From positions 160,001-224,000 of the forward strand of contig OZ219791.1 of NCBI GenBank assembly GCA_964291215.2: a DNA stretch of 64,000 bases, written 5' to 3'. Source of the DNA: Alphaproteobacteria bacterium. Its GTDB lineage: Bacteria > Pseudomonadota > Alphaproteobacteria > MPNO01 > UBA830. Under the pieces are notes generated by a model. That model was given only the letters and a program-made list of their open reading frames with translations, searched no databases and was not told where the DNA came from. Shown piece after piece: positions 21,245-33,398 of the stretch. Both the position numbers and the translations under genes were made by a program. Every line of letters begins with the position of its first letter. The stretch's first letter is position 1.

Positions 21245-22041
21245 ATGGCGAGGAGATGGAAAAGGAAGCGGCGGGCCAAAGGAAAAAACGCCATCCCGAA
21301 GGCCTCCTCGTCTAGCGCGATCCCCCGCATCACCCTCGTGGATTTCCTCCGCGGCGCAGCCCTGCTCGGCATGACCGTCTTCCATTTCGTCTATGACCTC
21401 GAGTTTTTCGGCCGAAGGAACGCGGCTACTCGGAGCAGCTCCATTGGTGGACGCTCGCCATCATCGTTGCCGGCAGCTTTCTCTTTCTCACCGGCGCGAG
21501 CCTTTATCTCGCGCACAACGACGGAATCCGGTGGAAACCCTGGATACGGCGCCTCGCAATCATCGTGCTTGCCGCGCTCGCGATCACCGTCGTGACCCGG
21601 TTCGTGACGCCGGACAACTACATCTTCTTCGGCATCCTGCATATGATCGCGGTTGCTAGCGTCGCCGGGCTCGTATTTCTCCAGGCTCCATGATGGTCGG
21701 CCGTGGCATGCGCGGTCGCGATTTTCGCGGTCGATCAGGCCATTGCGCCGGAGTGGCTGAACGCATCCGCCCTGAGTTGGCTTGGCCTCGGAAGCGTCGC
21801 GCCCGTGGCCAGCGATTTCCGCCCGGTGTTTCCTTGGCTCGCGCCGGCCCTTCTCGGGATAGGAGCGGCGAAGCTGTGCCACCCGTCAGGCTGACTGCAG
21901 GTTCTGGCAACGCCGGAGCTCAAGGGAAGATCCGCAAACGCCGTGCGCTTCATCGGCCGCCACAGCCTCGTTTACTACCTGCTTCATCAGCCAGTGCTCC
22001 TCGCCCTTTTCTGGGCATCGCCCAAGCTTGTGGGGCGCTGA
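21245..22041 (+). pseudogene. DUF1624 (heparan-alpha-glucosaminide N-acetyltransferase-like) membrane protein, pseudogene
   Basis: VDFLRGAALLGMTVFHFVYDL, IFFGILHMIA, IGRHSLVYYLLHQP; frameshift near 21412 and in-frame TGA at 21690. Confidence 0.85.
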
Positions 22042-22293
22042 TCCGCGTTTCTCGCCGGTGTCGCGGTCTGCGCCGCGTCCCTGCGTTCGCTCAGCAAGGA
22101 ACGCCTTGTCATCGCGTTTTCTCCTTGACGAGTCGACCACTGTCGGAAGGCAAGCGTAAGAGCCCCTTCATGCGAACTGTGCGTCACATCCTCACAAAAT
22201 CCCGTACACCCGCAAACATTCCCGGTTTGACATGGCGGCGCTACGCCCATAGCAATTCCGCGGTTCCGGGAGCGGCAGCAAGGCAGGTTCCGA

Positions 22294-23469
22294 ATGGCGA
22301 ACGAGACGGCAACGGCATCCCCAGCCGGCGCGGCACCGGCAGTGACCGCCGGTTGCGCCGAGCTGGCGCGAGCCCGTCCGATGGCGCTCGATTCGGGCGA
22401 GGAGATCGGTCCGTTCGAGGTTGCCTACACGACTGTCGGCGGTCTCAATGCCGACAGATCTAATGCCATCCTCGTATGCCATGCCCTGACCGGCGACCAG
22501 CATGTCTACGGCACCCATCCGGTGACGGGCCGGCCTGGATGGTGGGAGGAGATGGTCGGACCCGGCAGGCCGCTCGACACCGACCGCTACTTCATCGTCT
22601 GCGCCAACGTTCTGGGCGGCTGCATGGGATCAGCAGGACCGAACGGTACCAACCCCGCGACCGGAAGCATCTGGGGCCTCGATTTTCCCGTCATCACGGT
22701 CGGCGACATGGTGCGGGCGCAGGCCCTGCTGCTCGATGAGCTCGGAATCGACCAGCTTTTCTGCGCGATTGGCGGTTCAATGGGGGCGATGCAGGCCCTC
22801 GAGTGGGCCGCAAGCCACCGCGACCGCGTGTTCTCGGTCGTCCCGGTGGCGGGGGCCGCGCGCCACTCGGCGCAGAACATCGCCTTTCACGAGGTCGGGC
22901 GTCAAGCCATCATGGCCGATCCCGAATGGCATGGCGGCACCTATCACGGCAAGGGCGTGGTGCCCCGACGCGGTCTCTCGGTCGCGCGCATGGCGGCGCA
23001 TATCACCTACCTGTCAGAGGTCGCGCTGCACCGCAAGTTCGGACGCCGGCTGCAGGCGCGCGACGCGCTCAGTTTCGGTTTCGATGCCGACTTCCAGGTC
23101 GAAAGCTACCTGCGCCACCAGGGCAGCACGTTCGTCGACAGGTTCGACGCCAACTCATACCTCTACATCACCCGGGCAATGGACTATTTCGACCTGGCGG
23201 CAAACCACGACGGCAGGCTCGCCAGCGTCTTCCAGGGCACGCCGGTGCGGTTCTGCCTGATCTCATTCACCAGCGACTGGCTCTTTCCGACCGCCGAAAG
23301 CCGGGAGATCGTGCGCGCGCTGAACGCGGCGGCGGCCAATGTGAGCTTCGTCGAGATCGAGACCGACAAGGGCCACGACGCGTTCCTCCTCGACGAGCCG
23401 GAATTCCATGCCACCGTCACCGGCTTCCTCGAAGGCGCCGCCGAGCACCGGGGGCTCCCCGTCCGATGA
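22294..23469 (+). CDS. metX: Homoserine O-acyltransferase
   Basis: CHALTGD, GGSMG nucleophile, RFDANSY, GHDAFLL. Confidence 0.96.
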   Translation: MANETATASPAGAAPAVTAGCAELARARPMALDSGEEIGPFEVAYTTVGGLNADRSNAILVCHALTGDQHVYGTHPVTGRPGWWEEMVGPGRPLDTDRYFIVCANVLGGCMGSAGPNGTNPATGSIWGLDFPVITVGDMVRAQALLLDELGIDQLFCAIGGSMGAMQALEWAASHRDRVFSVVPVAGAARHSAQNIAFHEVGRQAIMADPEWHGGTYHGKGVVPRRGLSVARMAAHITYLSEVALHRKFGRRLQARDALSFGFDADFQVESYLRHQGSTFVDRFDANSYLYITRAMDYFDLAANHDGRLASVFQGTPVRFCLISFTSDWLFPTAESREIVRALNAAAANVSFVEIETDKGHDAFLLDEPEFHATVTGFLEGAAEHRGLPVR

Positions 23470-24119
23470 ACGGAAACCCGGGCTCGGCGGGATCCGCAGC
23501 CCCGGCGCCGGGCCGGCCGATGCGCCCTGACTTGGCGCTGATAGCCGACATGATCACGCCGGAGAGCCGCGTTCTGGACATCGGCTGCGGCGACGGAGCG
23601 CTGCTCGATCACCTCGTGCACAGCAAGGGCGTGGATGGCCGTGGCATAGAACTGAGCCAAGCCGGCGTCAACGCCTGCGTCGCCCACGGACTTTCGGTCA
23701 TCCAAGGGGACGCCGACACCGATCTCGCCCAGTATCCGGACCGCGCCTTTGACTACGCGGTACTGTCGCACACGCTTCAGGTAACCCGGAATCCGAAGAG
23801 CGTGGTTTCCCACCTCGTCCGCATCGGAACCCACGCTGTCGTGTCGTTCACCAATTTCGGTCATTGGCGCTTCCGGCTCGATCTCCTACTTCAGGGCCGC
23901 ATGCCGGCAGTGAGCGCCAGCGGCGACAACTGGTACGACACGGCGAATATCCACCTGTGCACGATCCGCGACTTTGCCGAGATGTGCGGTGAACTCGAAC
24001 TCACCGTCAATCGCGCCGTTTCGCTGTCGCGCTCCGGCCTGACCCGGGAACTGAACGGAATCGGCGCGAGCGCAAACATGCGGAGCGAGGAGGCGATCTT
24101 CCTGCTGACGAAACGCTGA
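23466..24119 (+). CDS. metW: Methionine biosynthesis protein MetW
   Basis: [31 protein letters not shown]; ATGA overlap with metX (alternative start 23520). Confidence 0.93.
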   Translation: MNGNPGSAGSAAPAPGRPMRPDLALIADMITPESRVLDIGCGDGALLDHLVHSKGVDGRGIELSQAGVNACVAHGLSVIQGDADTDLAQYPDRAFDYAVLSHTLQVTRNPKSVVSHLVRIGTHAVVSFTNFGHWRFRLDLLLQGRMPAVSASGDNWYDTANIHLCTIRDFAEMCGELELTVNRAVSLSRSGLTRELNGIGASANMRSEEAIFLLTKR

Positions 24120-24942
24120 CGCTCGGCCCTGTCACACGGCCCGGCCGGCGCCGCGATTCACAGCTTCGGACACTGTCCGCGGGGCTTCCACCGAATCTGC
24201 CACGCGGCGCCGAACCGTGCTCGGTGCCGCCGACGATTCTCGCGTAGCGGCGCCTGCGGAGATCGCGCCCGGCGCCAGCGAGGGTCCCGGCATAGATCTG
24301 CTTCTCGGCCTCGACGAAAAGCAATCCGCCAAAGGCGCGGAACCAGCGCCGCCCGATCTCCTCAAGCGCCGGCGCCGAGCGGAGAATTATCCGTGACCGG
24401 CTGGGTGGCATGTAGAGGCCGATCGCCGGCGGCGACGGCACGAACAGGTTCTCGCGCAGCAGCCGTCCCAGCTGTCCCGGCGTGTAGGGATGCCCGTGAC
24501 CGAAGGGCGTGTGATCCAGCCGCGCCCAGATACCGCGACGGTTGGGCACCAGCAGGAGCACCCGGCCGCCATCGGCCAGGATCCTCCAGACCTCGCGCAG
24601 CAGGCCGCGGAGATTCTCCGAGCATTCGAGTGCATGTACCAGTACCACCCGGTCCATCGAGACATCGGGAAGCGGCAGCTGTTCTTCCGGCACCAGCGCC
24701 GCAGCATTGCGGCCTGAAGCCGGCCACCGGATCACGCCTTGGCGGGCCGGCATCAGCGCGACCGCTCTCTGGGCTTCCTCGACATACGGCGCGAGATAGG
24801 GAAGGGCGTATCCGATGCCGACCACGTTCATGCCTGAAAGGTCCGGCCACATGGCGCGAATCTGCCGCCGCACGACACGGCGCGCCGCGCGGCCTGCAGG
24901 AGACGCGTAAAAGTCACGCAGATCAACGACATCATTGTACAT
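24007..24942 (-). CDS. Class I SAM-dependent methyltransferase (YafS-like)
   Basis: MYNDVVDLRDFY, GIGYALPYL, VPNRRGIWAR, TPFGHGHPY; divergent from gloB; 3' end overlaps metW. Confidence 0.85.
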   Translation of the reverse strand: MYNDVVDLRDFYASPAGRAARRVVRRQIRAMWPDLSGMNVVGIGYALPYLAPYVEEAQRAVALMPARQGVIRWPASGRNAAALVPEEQLPLPDVSMDRVVLVHALECSENLRGLLREVWRILADGGRVLLLVPNRRGIWARLDHTPFGHGHPYTPGQLGRLLRENLFVPSPPAIGLYMPPSRSRIILRSAPALEEIGRRWFRAFGGLLFVEAEKQIYAGTLAGAGRDLRRRRYARIVGGTEHGSAPRGRFGGSPADSVRSCESRRRPGRVTGPSVSVSSAGRSPPRSACLRSRRFRSVPGSGRSATAKRRD

Positions 24943-25071
24943 TCGCTGAATATGCGCCATCGCGGGCGATGAGGAAAGCGTTACCCGCGGCGCACAGGAA
25001 CTGGCATCGAGCCGGCGATTTTGATAGCTTGCGCGGCCAACCGGAAACCGCCCCACGCTGGAGGTCAACCC

Positions 25072-25842
25072 ATGTCGACACTGGAAATCCATCAGATCCC
25101 GACACGATCCGACAACTATGTCTATCTGCTGCGGGAGAGCTCCTCGGGCAACGCTGCCGTCGTCGATCCGTCGGACGCGGACCCCGTTCTCGACACGCTC
25201 GAGATGTTCGGATGGAACCTGACCCATGTGCTGGCGACCCACCACCACGACGACCACATCGGCGGTGTTCCGAAGATCAAGGAGGCGACGGGCTGCATCG
25301 TGGTGGGGCCGAAGGCAGACCGCGAACGGATTCCGATGATCGACATCGAGGTTGCGGACGGCGACATCTACCGGCTCTACGAGGCGGAGGCCAAGGTCTG
25401 GGATGTGCCGGGCCACACGCGTGGCCACATCGCCTACTGGTTCGCGGAAAGCCGCGCGCTGTTCTGTGGCGACACGCTGTTCGCGCTCGGCTGCGGCCGA
25501 GTGTTCGAGGGCACCCACCAGCAGATGTACGACTCGATCTCCAAGTTCGCCGAGGTCCCGGACGAGACGTGGGTTTACTGTGCCCACGAATACACCATGT
25601 CGAACGCCCGGTTCGCGCTCCATGTCGATCCCGACAACGCCGCCCTCAAAGGCTATGCCTGCCAGATCGAGCGCAGGCGGGAGGCGGGCGTCTCCACGGT
25701 GCCGTCACTAATGGGCCTTGAGCGCCGCACCAACCCGTTCCTGCGAGCCGACGACGCGGCGTTCGCCGCGGCGCTTGGTATGGCCGACAAGACCCCGGTC
25801 GAGGTCTTCGCCGAGGTGCGGACGCGCAAGGACACCTTCTGA
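25072..25842 (+). CDS. gloB: Hydroxyacylglutathione hydrolase (glyoxalase II)
   Basis: THHHDDHIGG, PGHTRGH, FCGDTLF..GCGR, CAHEYT, TNPFLR. Confidence 0.96.
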   Translation: MSTLEIHQIPTRSDNYVYLLRESSSGNAAVVDPSDADPVLDTLEMFGWNLTHVLATHHHDDHIGGVPKIKEATGCIVVGPKADRERIPMIDIEVADGDIYRLYEAEAKVWDVPGHTRGHIAYWFAESRALFCGDTLFALGCGRVFEGTHQQMYDSISKFAEVPDETWVYCAHEYTMSNARFALHVDPDNAALKGYACQIERRREAGVSTVPSLMGLERRTNPFLRADDAAFAAALGMADKTPVEVFAEVRTRKDTF

Positions 25843-25881
25843 ACCGGCCTTCCGGTTCGCCACCGAACGAGGACATTAGAG

Positions 25882-26499
25882 ATGAAGCTGCGCTGGTCGC
25901 CAACCTCGCCCTTTGCCCGCAAGGTCATGGTCATGATCAGGGAAAAGGGCATCGAGAGCTCCCTCATGCTCGAAAAATCCAATCCGCTCAGCCGCGAGGA
26001 TCGCGCGGCGACGCCCAACCCGCTGGGCAAGATCCCCTGCCTCGTCACCGACGACGGCGAGGCGCTCTATGACTCTTCGGTCATCCTCCAGTATCTCGAC
26101 GCGGTCTGCGACGGTCCAGAACTGCTCGCGCCGGACGGCCCGGCGCGCTGGACGGCGCTGCGCCGCGAGGCTCTTGCCAACGGCATGATCGAGGCCATGG
26201 TCGCATGTTTCGTCGAAAGCCTCCGCAAGCCCGAACGGCAGTCCGCCGGCTGGCTTGCGCACAACAGGTCGGTGACCCTGAATGCTGCCGCGGCGCTCGA
26301 ACCGGAAGCCACGGACCTCGCCGGCAGGGTCGATATCGGCACGATCTCGGTCGCGGTCGCTCTCGCCTATGCCGACCACGCGTTCGCGGACGAGGACTGG
26401 CGTTCCGCCAGCCCGGAACTCGCCCGCTGGTTCGAAGGCTTCAACGCGCGCCCGTCGATGAAGGAAACCGTCCTGGTCGACGTCCGGGACTTCAGCTGA
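25882..26499 (+). CDS. Glutathione S-transferase family protein
   Basis: SPFARKV, NPLGKIPCL, LYDSSVILQYLD. Confidence 0.92.
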   Translation: MKLRWSPTSPFARKVMVMIREKGIESSLMLEKSNPLSREDRAATPNPLGKIPCLVTDDGEALYDSSVILQYLDAVCDGPELLAPDGPARWTALRREALANGMIEAMVACFVESLRKPERQSAGWLAHNRSVTLNAAAALEPEATDLAGRVDIGTISVAVALAYADHAFADEDWRSASPELARWFEGFNARPSMKETVLVDVRDFS

Positions 26500-26597
26500 T
26501 CTGGAGCCGCGGGATCAGGTCCGCAATCCCGCCGCACTGAAGGCCGGGCCTTCCCGCTTGCAGAACGGGCCGGATCCGGGCGCCCGTGCCGTCGCCG

Positions 26598-27607
26598 TCA
26601 GCCGTATCCCGGCGGCTGCACAAAGCGCCGCCAAGCGTGTTCGAGGAGCCGGGCGAACCGGATGCAGCCGAGATCGCCATATTGCTGGCCGATGATCTGG
26701 ATGCCGAGCGGAAGCCCTTCGTCCCCGAGACCGATCGGCGCGACCGAGGCAGGCAGGTAGGCGAGGTTCGCGTAGCCCGCCAGCGAAATCTGGTTCATGA
26801 AGGGCAGCATCTCGCCGTCGACCGATGTCCGGCGCTCATAAGGCGGGGTGTGGTCGTGGCGGATCGCCGCCGAGACCGTCACCGGCGCCAGCATCAGGTC
26901 GCAGCGCCCAAAGAACTCGTGCCATATCCAGCGGATCCGTTGACGCGCCTCGTCGTGGCGCAGCCAGTCGCGGTGCGACAGGGTCACGCCGTGCAGACGG
27001 CGCGCCGGCTTGCTGCCGTCCCCGGCGGCAAGCTGGCCGAGCGCCCCGAAATTGCCGGCGAATTCGTCGTCCGTCTGATGACCCGATGTCGCCGCCCGGA
27101 GCAGGATATCGAAGAGGCGGTGGGAATTGGCCGCGTCGAACGCGGGGCGGATGCCGATCCTCACCTTCACCCCGTTGCGGCGGAGAAAGCGGGCAAGTTC
27201 CTCGTGAAGGCGCCGGATCTCGTGCGCCGAGGGAACGGTTTCGTCCTCTAGGAGGAGAGAAACCCTGTAGTCCTCGAGGTTCCGGCCGCGCGGCGCCGGC
27301 AGGCGGAGCCGGAGTCCCGCCGCATCGATCTCGTCGGGACCGCCTATCACCGAGAGCATTAGCGAAAGGTCATCAGCGCTGCGCGCCAGCGGTCCGATCA
27401 CAAACATGTCCAAAGGCGCCAGGTTGCCGTCAAGCGCATGTCCATTGGTCGGGCATATGCCCATGATCAGCTTGTGCCCAAAGAGCCCGCACCAGGCGGC
27501 GGGGTTGCAGATGGAGCCTGCAATATCGCTTCCGAGCTCGAGCGCGGTGAAGCCGGCAGCAAGCGCCGCCGGACGAGCCACCCGGGGCTCGGGCGGGATC
27601 CCACGGG
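26598..27607 (-). pseudogene. Amidase-signature protein, 5'-truncated by ISAs1
   Basis: PGGSSGG, LGSDIAGSI, GLPLGIQIIG; frameshift just after GGSSGG; N-terminus missing. Confidence 0.88.
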
Positions 27608-29409
27608 CAGGGCAATCTTACGCTAAATTCTGGTCGATTTTTCAAGGCAGTCCCTGGGTTTTGCGGGGGCGCGGGTTGATGCGGGAGATTTTTTGCAGTT
27701 TTCGCTGGCTTTCCTGCACTGGAGTTGTCATGGTGAGGGGATGTCGATTCACAAGCACATCGCGTCCTGTCTGATTCACGTCGCAGCTCCGGAAGGGTCT
27801 ATCCGAGGTTCGCGAAGCCTGAGGAGCGTCCGCTGCGTTGATGGACGACTATCTCGGGTTTCGCCGTCTGGCGGGGCTGCGCCATATTGCGTTCTTCAGG
27901 GGGCAGTGGTGGCGTGACGGGGCCTTCAAGTGCCGCGACCAGTGGCTGGAAGCCGGAGCAGCAGTGGCTTGATCTGACAACACGCGACTGCTTGCGGCGC
28001 CGGGAACGTTTCCGAACCTTGCCTCCTTCTTTCTTGCGACGCGGCGTCTGGCCGACGACTGGGCCTACGGCCACCAGGTGGCGGAGACGTTCTGCGATCC
28101 GGCGCGTTTTGCGGGCACAAGGCGGCGGGCTGGCGTGCCAGAGGGGGTTGCCCGCGGGCGCTGCACCGATCCCCATGGCAAGGAGATTTTCGTTGTGCGG
28201 CGCGGCGGCTGCTGTCGCAGGCGCTGCCGGGCGCCGCCTGCCTCCTCGCTCCCCGGGGTTCTGAGGTAATGCGTTCGCTGCACGACGAGCTGCGGCGATC
28301 GAGGACTTCCGCCGCGCAGGAAGCACACGGTGTGCTCACGTTCTCGCCGAGCTTGCGAATATGAAAGGCTGTCTCGCAGTTTGCGCGGTCGCTGTCCCGG
28401 GACGAGTTCGAGGCCGTCGGCGGAACCCGAGGACGGGGCTGCGCGAGTCGCCCTCCAGGGCGACCCCCCACCGGGTCGTCCGGTCGATCGACCCCGAGGC
28501 GCTCGAGGATGTGCTCGGCCGCGGGCTCGCCCGGGCGCTTGCCGCCGACGGCAAGCGCATCCGCGGCGCCAACCGCGACCACGAGACCGTGGCCCTCACG
28601 CCTCCGGCGCACCCTTCGCGCTGTTGAACTTCGACGACGGCGAGCTGGCGGCCACCTCCTCGAGCGCACCGATGTCCGCGGCAAGGTGATCACCCGCGCT
28701 GCACACGACGCCCAAGACGGCGATGCTGATCACCCGGCGCTGCGGCACAGACCACGTCTTCCCGGTCAAGGGCGCCCGAAACCTTCGACGGCATCGACTG
28801 GGAGACAGATGCCAGCGGCCGCTTCAAGGAAGAGTAAGGCCTACGGACGCCTCGAGCAGCGCTCGATACGTGCCGCTCGAGGACCTGATCAACTACCCCG
28901 GCAGATCGCCCGCATGCTACCGCAAGCCGCCGGGAAAGAGCGCCAGCGGCGCAGCGAGCGGCAACGACTGCACCGGTACATCAGCTCGATGCGCAACACG
29001 CGTCGCCAGAGGAACTGCTGCGGCCGCGGGCTGTGGAAAACATGAACCACCGAGACTGCGTCTTCGGCGAAGACGCCTGCCTGACCCGCAAACCGCGCCA
29101 GCCTCGACAACATCGCGCTCGCGGTGATCTTCGCCAACCGACGCGAGAGCCTCGCCGAAACACGGCGGCGGCTCGACCGCCGGGAAGCCGTCGCAGCTCT
29201 GACTCGGCCCTGAGCACAATGGTGTCCGGCCGATTCCCGGACGCCGTCCACAACCCGCCTACATCCCGAAAACAACCCGCCCACGCGCCGATAACGCCGC
29301 CGGCAGCGACCGCGTACGGCCCAAAGCCAGAAAACCTGATAAGAATGCGGAAATTCATGCTCCGTTCAGCGGTCATTCAAGACATCGACCACAGCGTGGG
29401 AAAGTCTTG
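27608..29409 (+). mobile_element. ISAs1 element with DUF4338-like N-terminal region (pseudo)
   Basis: IRs CAGGGCAATCTTACGCT / AGCGTGGGAAAGTCTTG; ALAADGKRIRGAN, VENMNHRDCVFGEDAC. Confidence 0.85.
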
Positions 29410-30361
29410 AGGCTTGGGCTGATGATGATGGGCGGCAGCGGAGACGTTCTTCGGCAAGCTCGGCGCCATGACGCCGTCTGTGAGCACCTTGCAGCGCCTG
29501 ACCATGCAGGAGCACCGGGAAAGTCTCGGCCCCCTGGATGACATCCGGGAAGCGGAGGACATCCCGCAGGATGCAGTCACCGCCTCGCTGGACGGTGTCA
29601 TGGTGGCGCTGCGGGCCGGCGAGGGCGGCCGTTCCGAAGCCTGCTGGCGCCGCGAGGCGGCCTGTGGCACGGCCTCCTTCCACGACACCGACGGTGAGCG
29701 CCTGAAGACCGTCTATCTCGGCCGCATGCCCGAGGGCCGAAAGCACACGCTGAAGGCGCAGCTCGCAAACGAGGTCGAGCAGGCGGAGACGTCCCGATAT
29801 CGGGATCAGCGCCGACGCCGCTGCCGACAACTGGACCTTCCTCAGGGGTCTCAAGCCCGAAACCGAGGTGATCGACTTGCCTGCGAGCATCTGCGCGTGA
29901 CGGCCGACCATGCAGCGGCGCCCCACTGGTTCGAGAAATACCGCGAGATCCTGCGTCACGATCCCCGCGGCATCGACAGGGTTGATCCGGGCGCTGCGCC
30001 ACCTTCGCGACACTGCGGCGCCAACGGGCCGATGTCGACAGGGAACTGTCCTTCTTCCGCAAGCATCGCCACCGAATGCGCTACCACGCGCTGAAGCAAC
30101 CGGCTCGGGAATTGTCGAGGCGGCAAACAAGACCCTCGTCACACAGCGCATGAAACGCTCCGGCATGCGCTGGCGCATCGTCGGCGGACAATCACCTTCC
30201 GCGCCCTGCTCAAATCCGGCCGCTTCGAAAGCGCGTGGACGGCCATGATCGGTGCAGACGGCGCACCAGCCAACGACAACATCAGCCCAAATCACACCCC
30301 GGCACTGTGAGATGAACAAATGGTACTGAGCCTGCAACTGTGCCATACGAGTCTCTCACCC
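29410..30361 (+). mobile_element. ISKra4 family element, 3' portion (pseudo)
   Basis: SLDGVMV, GSGIVEAANKTLVTQRMKRSGMRW; end CATACGAGTCTCTCACCC. Confidence 0.85.
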
Positions 30362-30883
30362 GATCGGCGAGACACGGCAACCGATCGCCATGGCGCCAGG
30401 ACGGTCAGCGCGTGACGACTACGAGTATCGACGTTGCGGCACCTGCAATGTCTTCACGGAACCCCTGGCCGGCAAGCGCATGACCAAGGTGACCGAGCAC
30501 AAGACCAGGATCGACCGGGCGCAGCTCCTGGCCGACATCGCCGGGCGCTATCAGGACGCCACCACCATCACCCTGGTGATGGACAATCTCAACACTTCCC
30601 GGCGCCCTCTACGAGGCCTACCCGCCGGACGAGGCCCTGTGGGACCGCTTCGAGTTCGTCTACACCCCCAAGCACGGCAGTTGGCTGAACGTGGTCGAAC
30701 TCAACGTCATGATCCGCCAGTGTCTGAACCGCCGCATCGACTGCATCGAGGTGCTACGCCGGGAAGTCGCCGCCTGGCAGGCGACCGCATTCAGGCCAAG
30801 GTGGATTGGCAGTTCACCACCGACGATGCCCGCGTGAAACTCAAACGTCTCTATTCGACATTTGATGAATGACAGGACACTAG
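30362..30883 (+). mobile_element. IS630 type B, 3' half (copy 3)
   Basis: Homologous to 18400-18918, ends GACACTAG. Confidence 0.88.
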
Positions 30884-31105
30884 GTAGTCGCGAGCCATCA
30901 CCACATCCGCGACGCCACCTTCCGCGAAGACGACTCCATGCTCCGAACGCGCCCGCAAACAACGCGATCACCCTCGCAATCGCCGTCATCATCCACAACA
31001 AGCGCAAGCTGCCCAAACCCTTCAACAGCTTCGTCGACACCACCATGGCGACAAGCGCAAGCAGGTCCTGCACGCAATCACAAGACCCGGCTGACCGCAG
31101 CGCTT
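30884..31105 (+). mobile_element. ISAs1 C-terminal fragment
   Basis: HHIRDATFRED; homologous to 53110-53310. Confidence 0.75.
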
Positions 31106-31243
31106 CTGCCGGGGCTTCGCAAACGGCGGTCTGCCCCAATGCGCCGCGGCGCGTACGGCGGAGCTGGATTCCGGCTTTTTGACAGGCCCCGTGGAACATG
31201 GCAAACGGCAGCCGAACACCACAACGAACCATGGAGACCAGAT

Positions 31244-31546
31244 TTGGGAAAACCGGAATGGGGGAAAAAGCGGACATGCCAAGGTTGCGGGGCCCGCTAC
31301 TATGACATGCTGCGCAATCCGGCCATATGCCCGAAATGCGGAACCGAAGCGAATGCCCCGGGTTCGGCGAAACCGCAGCGCAGCCGCCCCGCGGCGGCGA
31401 CCGAAACGGCGCCTCCGAAGGCCGAGACCGCCTCGGCCGGCGGCTTCACCGATGAAGCCGTCGAACTGGAAGAGGTCGATGACACGCTGGAAGACGACAT
31501 CGGCCTCAATGGAGAAGACGGCGACGCGGCCGATCTTCCCGCCTAG
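31244..31546 (+). CDS. TIGR02300 (FYDLN acid domain) zinc-ribbon protein
   Basis: TTG start after GGAG; KPEWGKKRTCQGCGARYYDM..CPKCG, acidic tail; precedes tRNA-Ala. Confidence 0.9.
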   Translation: MGKPEWGKKRTCQGCGARYYDMLRNPAICPKCGTEANAPGSAKPQRSRPAAATETAPPKAETASAGGFTDEAVELEEVDDTLEDDIGLNGEDGDAADLPA

Positions 31547-31693
31547 CGCGGACACTTCGCGCCCCTGCCGGCCCCCGCCGCCCGGGAGGGGCGCACACGG
31601 GACGGGATTCAGCTTGCAATGGACAGCAGCGGCAGCTAGAATGTCTTTTCCACGATTTCAGGCGGGGATCCCGGTCCGCACCGGACCCGCGAC

Positions 31694-31769
<76 letters not shown>

Positions 31770-31776
31770 GTCATCC

Positions 31777-31808
31777 GAAAGGCTCGGCCGCAGCGGCCGG
31801 GCCTTTCC
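31777..31808 (+). terminator. GC-rich hairpin after tRNA-Ala
   Basis: GAAAGGCTCGGCCGC/GCGGCCGGGCCTTTC inverted repeat; weak U tract. Confidence 0.55.
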
Positions 31809-31916
31809 CGTTTCGGGGCCGGCGCGCCTCGCCGCCCGGCCGTAGGCGCACGATAGGGGCCGCGCACCCGCCCGCCGGCCCGTCGACAGCGGCCTGCACA
31901 AAAGGACCGAAGAGAG

Positions 31917-32627
31917 ATGGCGAAACTGATCGAGGTCCTGAACGATCTCGTGGTGGCCAACCGGATTCTGGCGAAGGAAGGGGTCGTCGACGCTTTCGGG
32001 CATGTCAGCGTGCGCCACCCTGACCACCCCGACCGCTATCTCATGTCGCGATCCCGCAGCCCCGAGCTCGTCACGCCGGACGACATCATGGAATTCACGC
32101 TCGAGGGGGAGCCAGTCGGAGCCGGCCGGGGAAAGCCATACGCGGAACGGCATATCCACGGCGCGATACTCGAGGCCAGGCCGGATGTCGGTTCCGTCGT
32201 CCACAATCACTCTGAGGCCATCATCCCGTTCGCGGTCACCGACCAGCCGCTCAGGCCGCTCATGCACGTCACCGGCGTCATCGGCGACCGTGTTCCGGTC
32301 TGGGATATTGCCGACCAGTTCAACGACACGAATCTCCTGGTCACCACCATCGAGCAGGGAAGGAGCTTGGCGGCGGGCCTGTCCGACGCGCGCGTAGTAC
32401 TGATGCGGGGGCATGGCTGCGCCGTCGCCGGCGCCAGCATCCGGGAGGCCGTGCTGACGGCGGTCTACACCCAGGTCAATGCCCGCATACAGCTGCAAGC
32501 GATGTCCCTCGGGGCGGTCAGGTATCTCAGTCCGGGAGAAATCCGGCGTACGCCGGAAACGCTGATCGGTCCGCTGGCGATTGAGCGGGCGTGGGAGTAT
32601 CTCGCGCGCCGGGCAATGGAGGCGTGA
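31917..32627 (+). CDS. Class II aldolase/adducin family protein
   Basis: FGHVSVRHP, ERHIHGAI..ARPDV.SVVHNHS, LMRGHG. Confidence 0.92.
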   Translation: MAKLIEVLNDLVVANRILAKEGVVDAFGHVSVRHPDHPDRYLMSRSRSPELVTPDDIMEFTLEGEPVGAGRGKPYAERHIHGAILEARPDVGSVVHNHSEAIIPFAVTDQPLRPLMHVTGVIGDRVPVWDIADQFNDTNLLVTTIEQGRSLAAGLSDARVVLMRGHGCAVAGASIREAVLTAVYTQVNARIQLQAMSLGAVRYLSPGEIRRTPETLIGPLAIERAWEYLARRAMEA

Positions 32628-32647
32628 TAGGGCCCGTCGGCCGCCCG

Positions 32648-33112
32648 TCAGGCAGCTTTGGGATGGGCGTGGCCCGCAAGCAGGCTGAGGACCGTCTCCT
32701 GGTTCGGCGCCGATCTCAGAGCGTCGCATGTTGAACGGTCCCTCAGAAGACGGGAGACCCGCCTCAACACCTTGAGGTGGTCCGCGGCCGCGGTTTCAGG
32801 AGCCAGCAAAAGAAAGACGAGATCGACGGACTCGTCGTCGACGGATTCGAAGTCCACGGGCGCGTCGAGCCTGGCGAAACAGGCATAGAGCCGGTCCAGC
32901 CTCGCGAGCTTGCCGTGCGGCACGGCTACACCGCCGCCGATGCCCGTGGTGCCGAGGCGTTCGCGTTCCTGGAGAACGTCGAATATCTCCATCTTCGAGA
33001 GGCCGGTGGTCGCGGCTGCGCGCGCCGAGAGGTCTTCAAGTACCTGACGCTTGCTGGTGACCTTCAGGGACGGGATGACCGCGTCCCTGTCCAGAATGTC
33101 CGTGATTTCCAT
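32648..33112 (-). CDS. ptsN: PTS IIA(Ntr)
   Basis: ERERLGTTGIGGGVAVPHGK, VDLVFLLLAPE..ADHLK. Confidence 0.93.
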   Translation of the reverse strand: MEITDILDRDAVIPSLKVTSKRQVLEDLSARAAATTGLSKMEIFDVLQERERLGTTGIGGGVAVPHGKLARLDRLYACFARLDAPVDFESVDDESVDLVFLLLAPETAAADHLKVLRRVSRLLRDRSTCDALRSAPNQETVLSLLAGHAHPKAA

Positions 33113-33398
33113 TTCGTCCCCTGCGCCCGGCCTGATTTTCTTGTATTTGGCCGAGCCATAATGTCCGTCCGCGTGGTCCCGTTCGTCCAATACGCACACC
33201 CCGGCGCGGACACTCTGCACGGCGAGGCGCCGGGCTTCCGCCAGCCCCGCGCCGGCATCACGTGTTCCGCTCCGCGGGATCATGATCCGAATGTACGCCC
33301 CGGCAGACTGATGGAGCACGCCGACATCCCGGAGCCCGCTGATCAGCCTTCCACATTCCAACATGGGATTGTCGAAGATAGCAGTATCCGCAACCACG

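Noticed and set aside
22100-22293. SAM riboswitch before metX
   Set aside because: No recognisable SAM-II or SAM-SAH consensus by eye.
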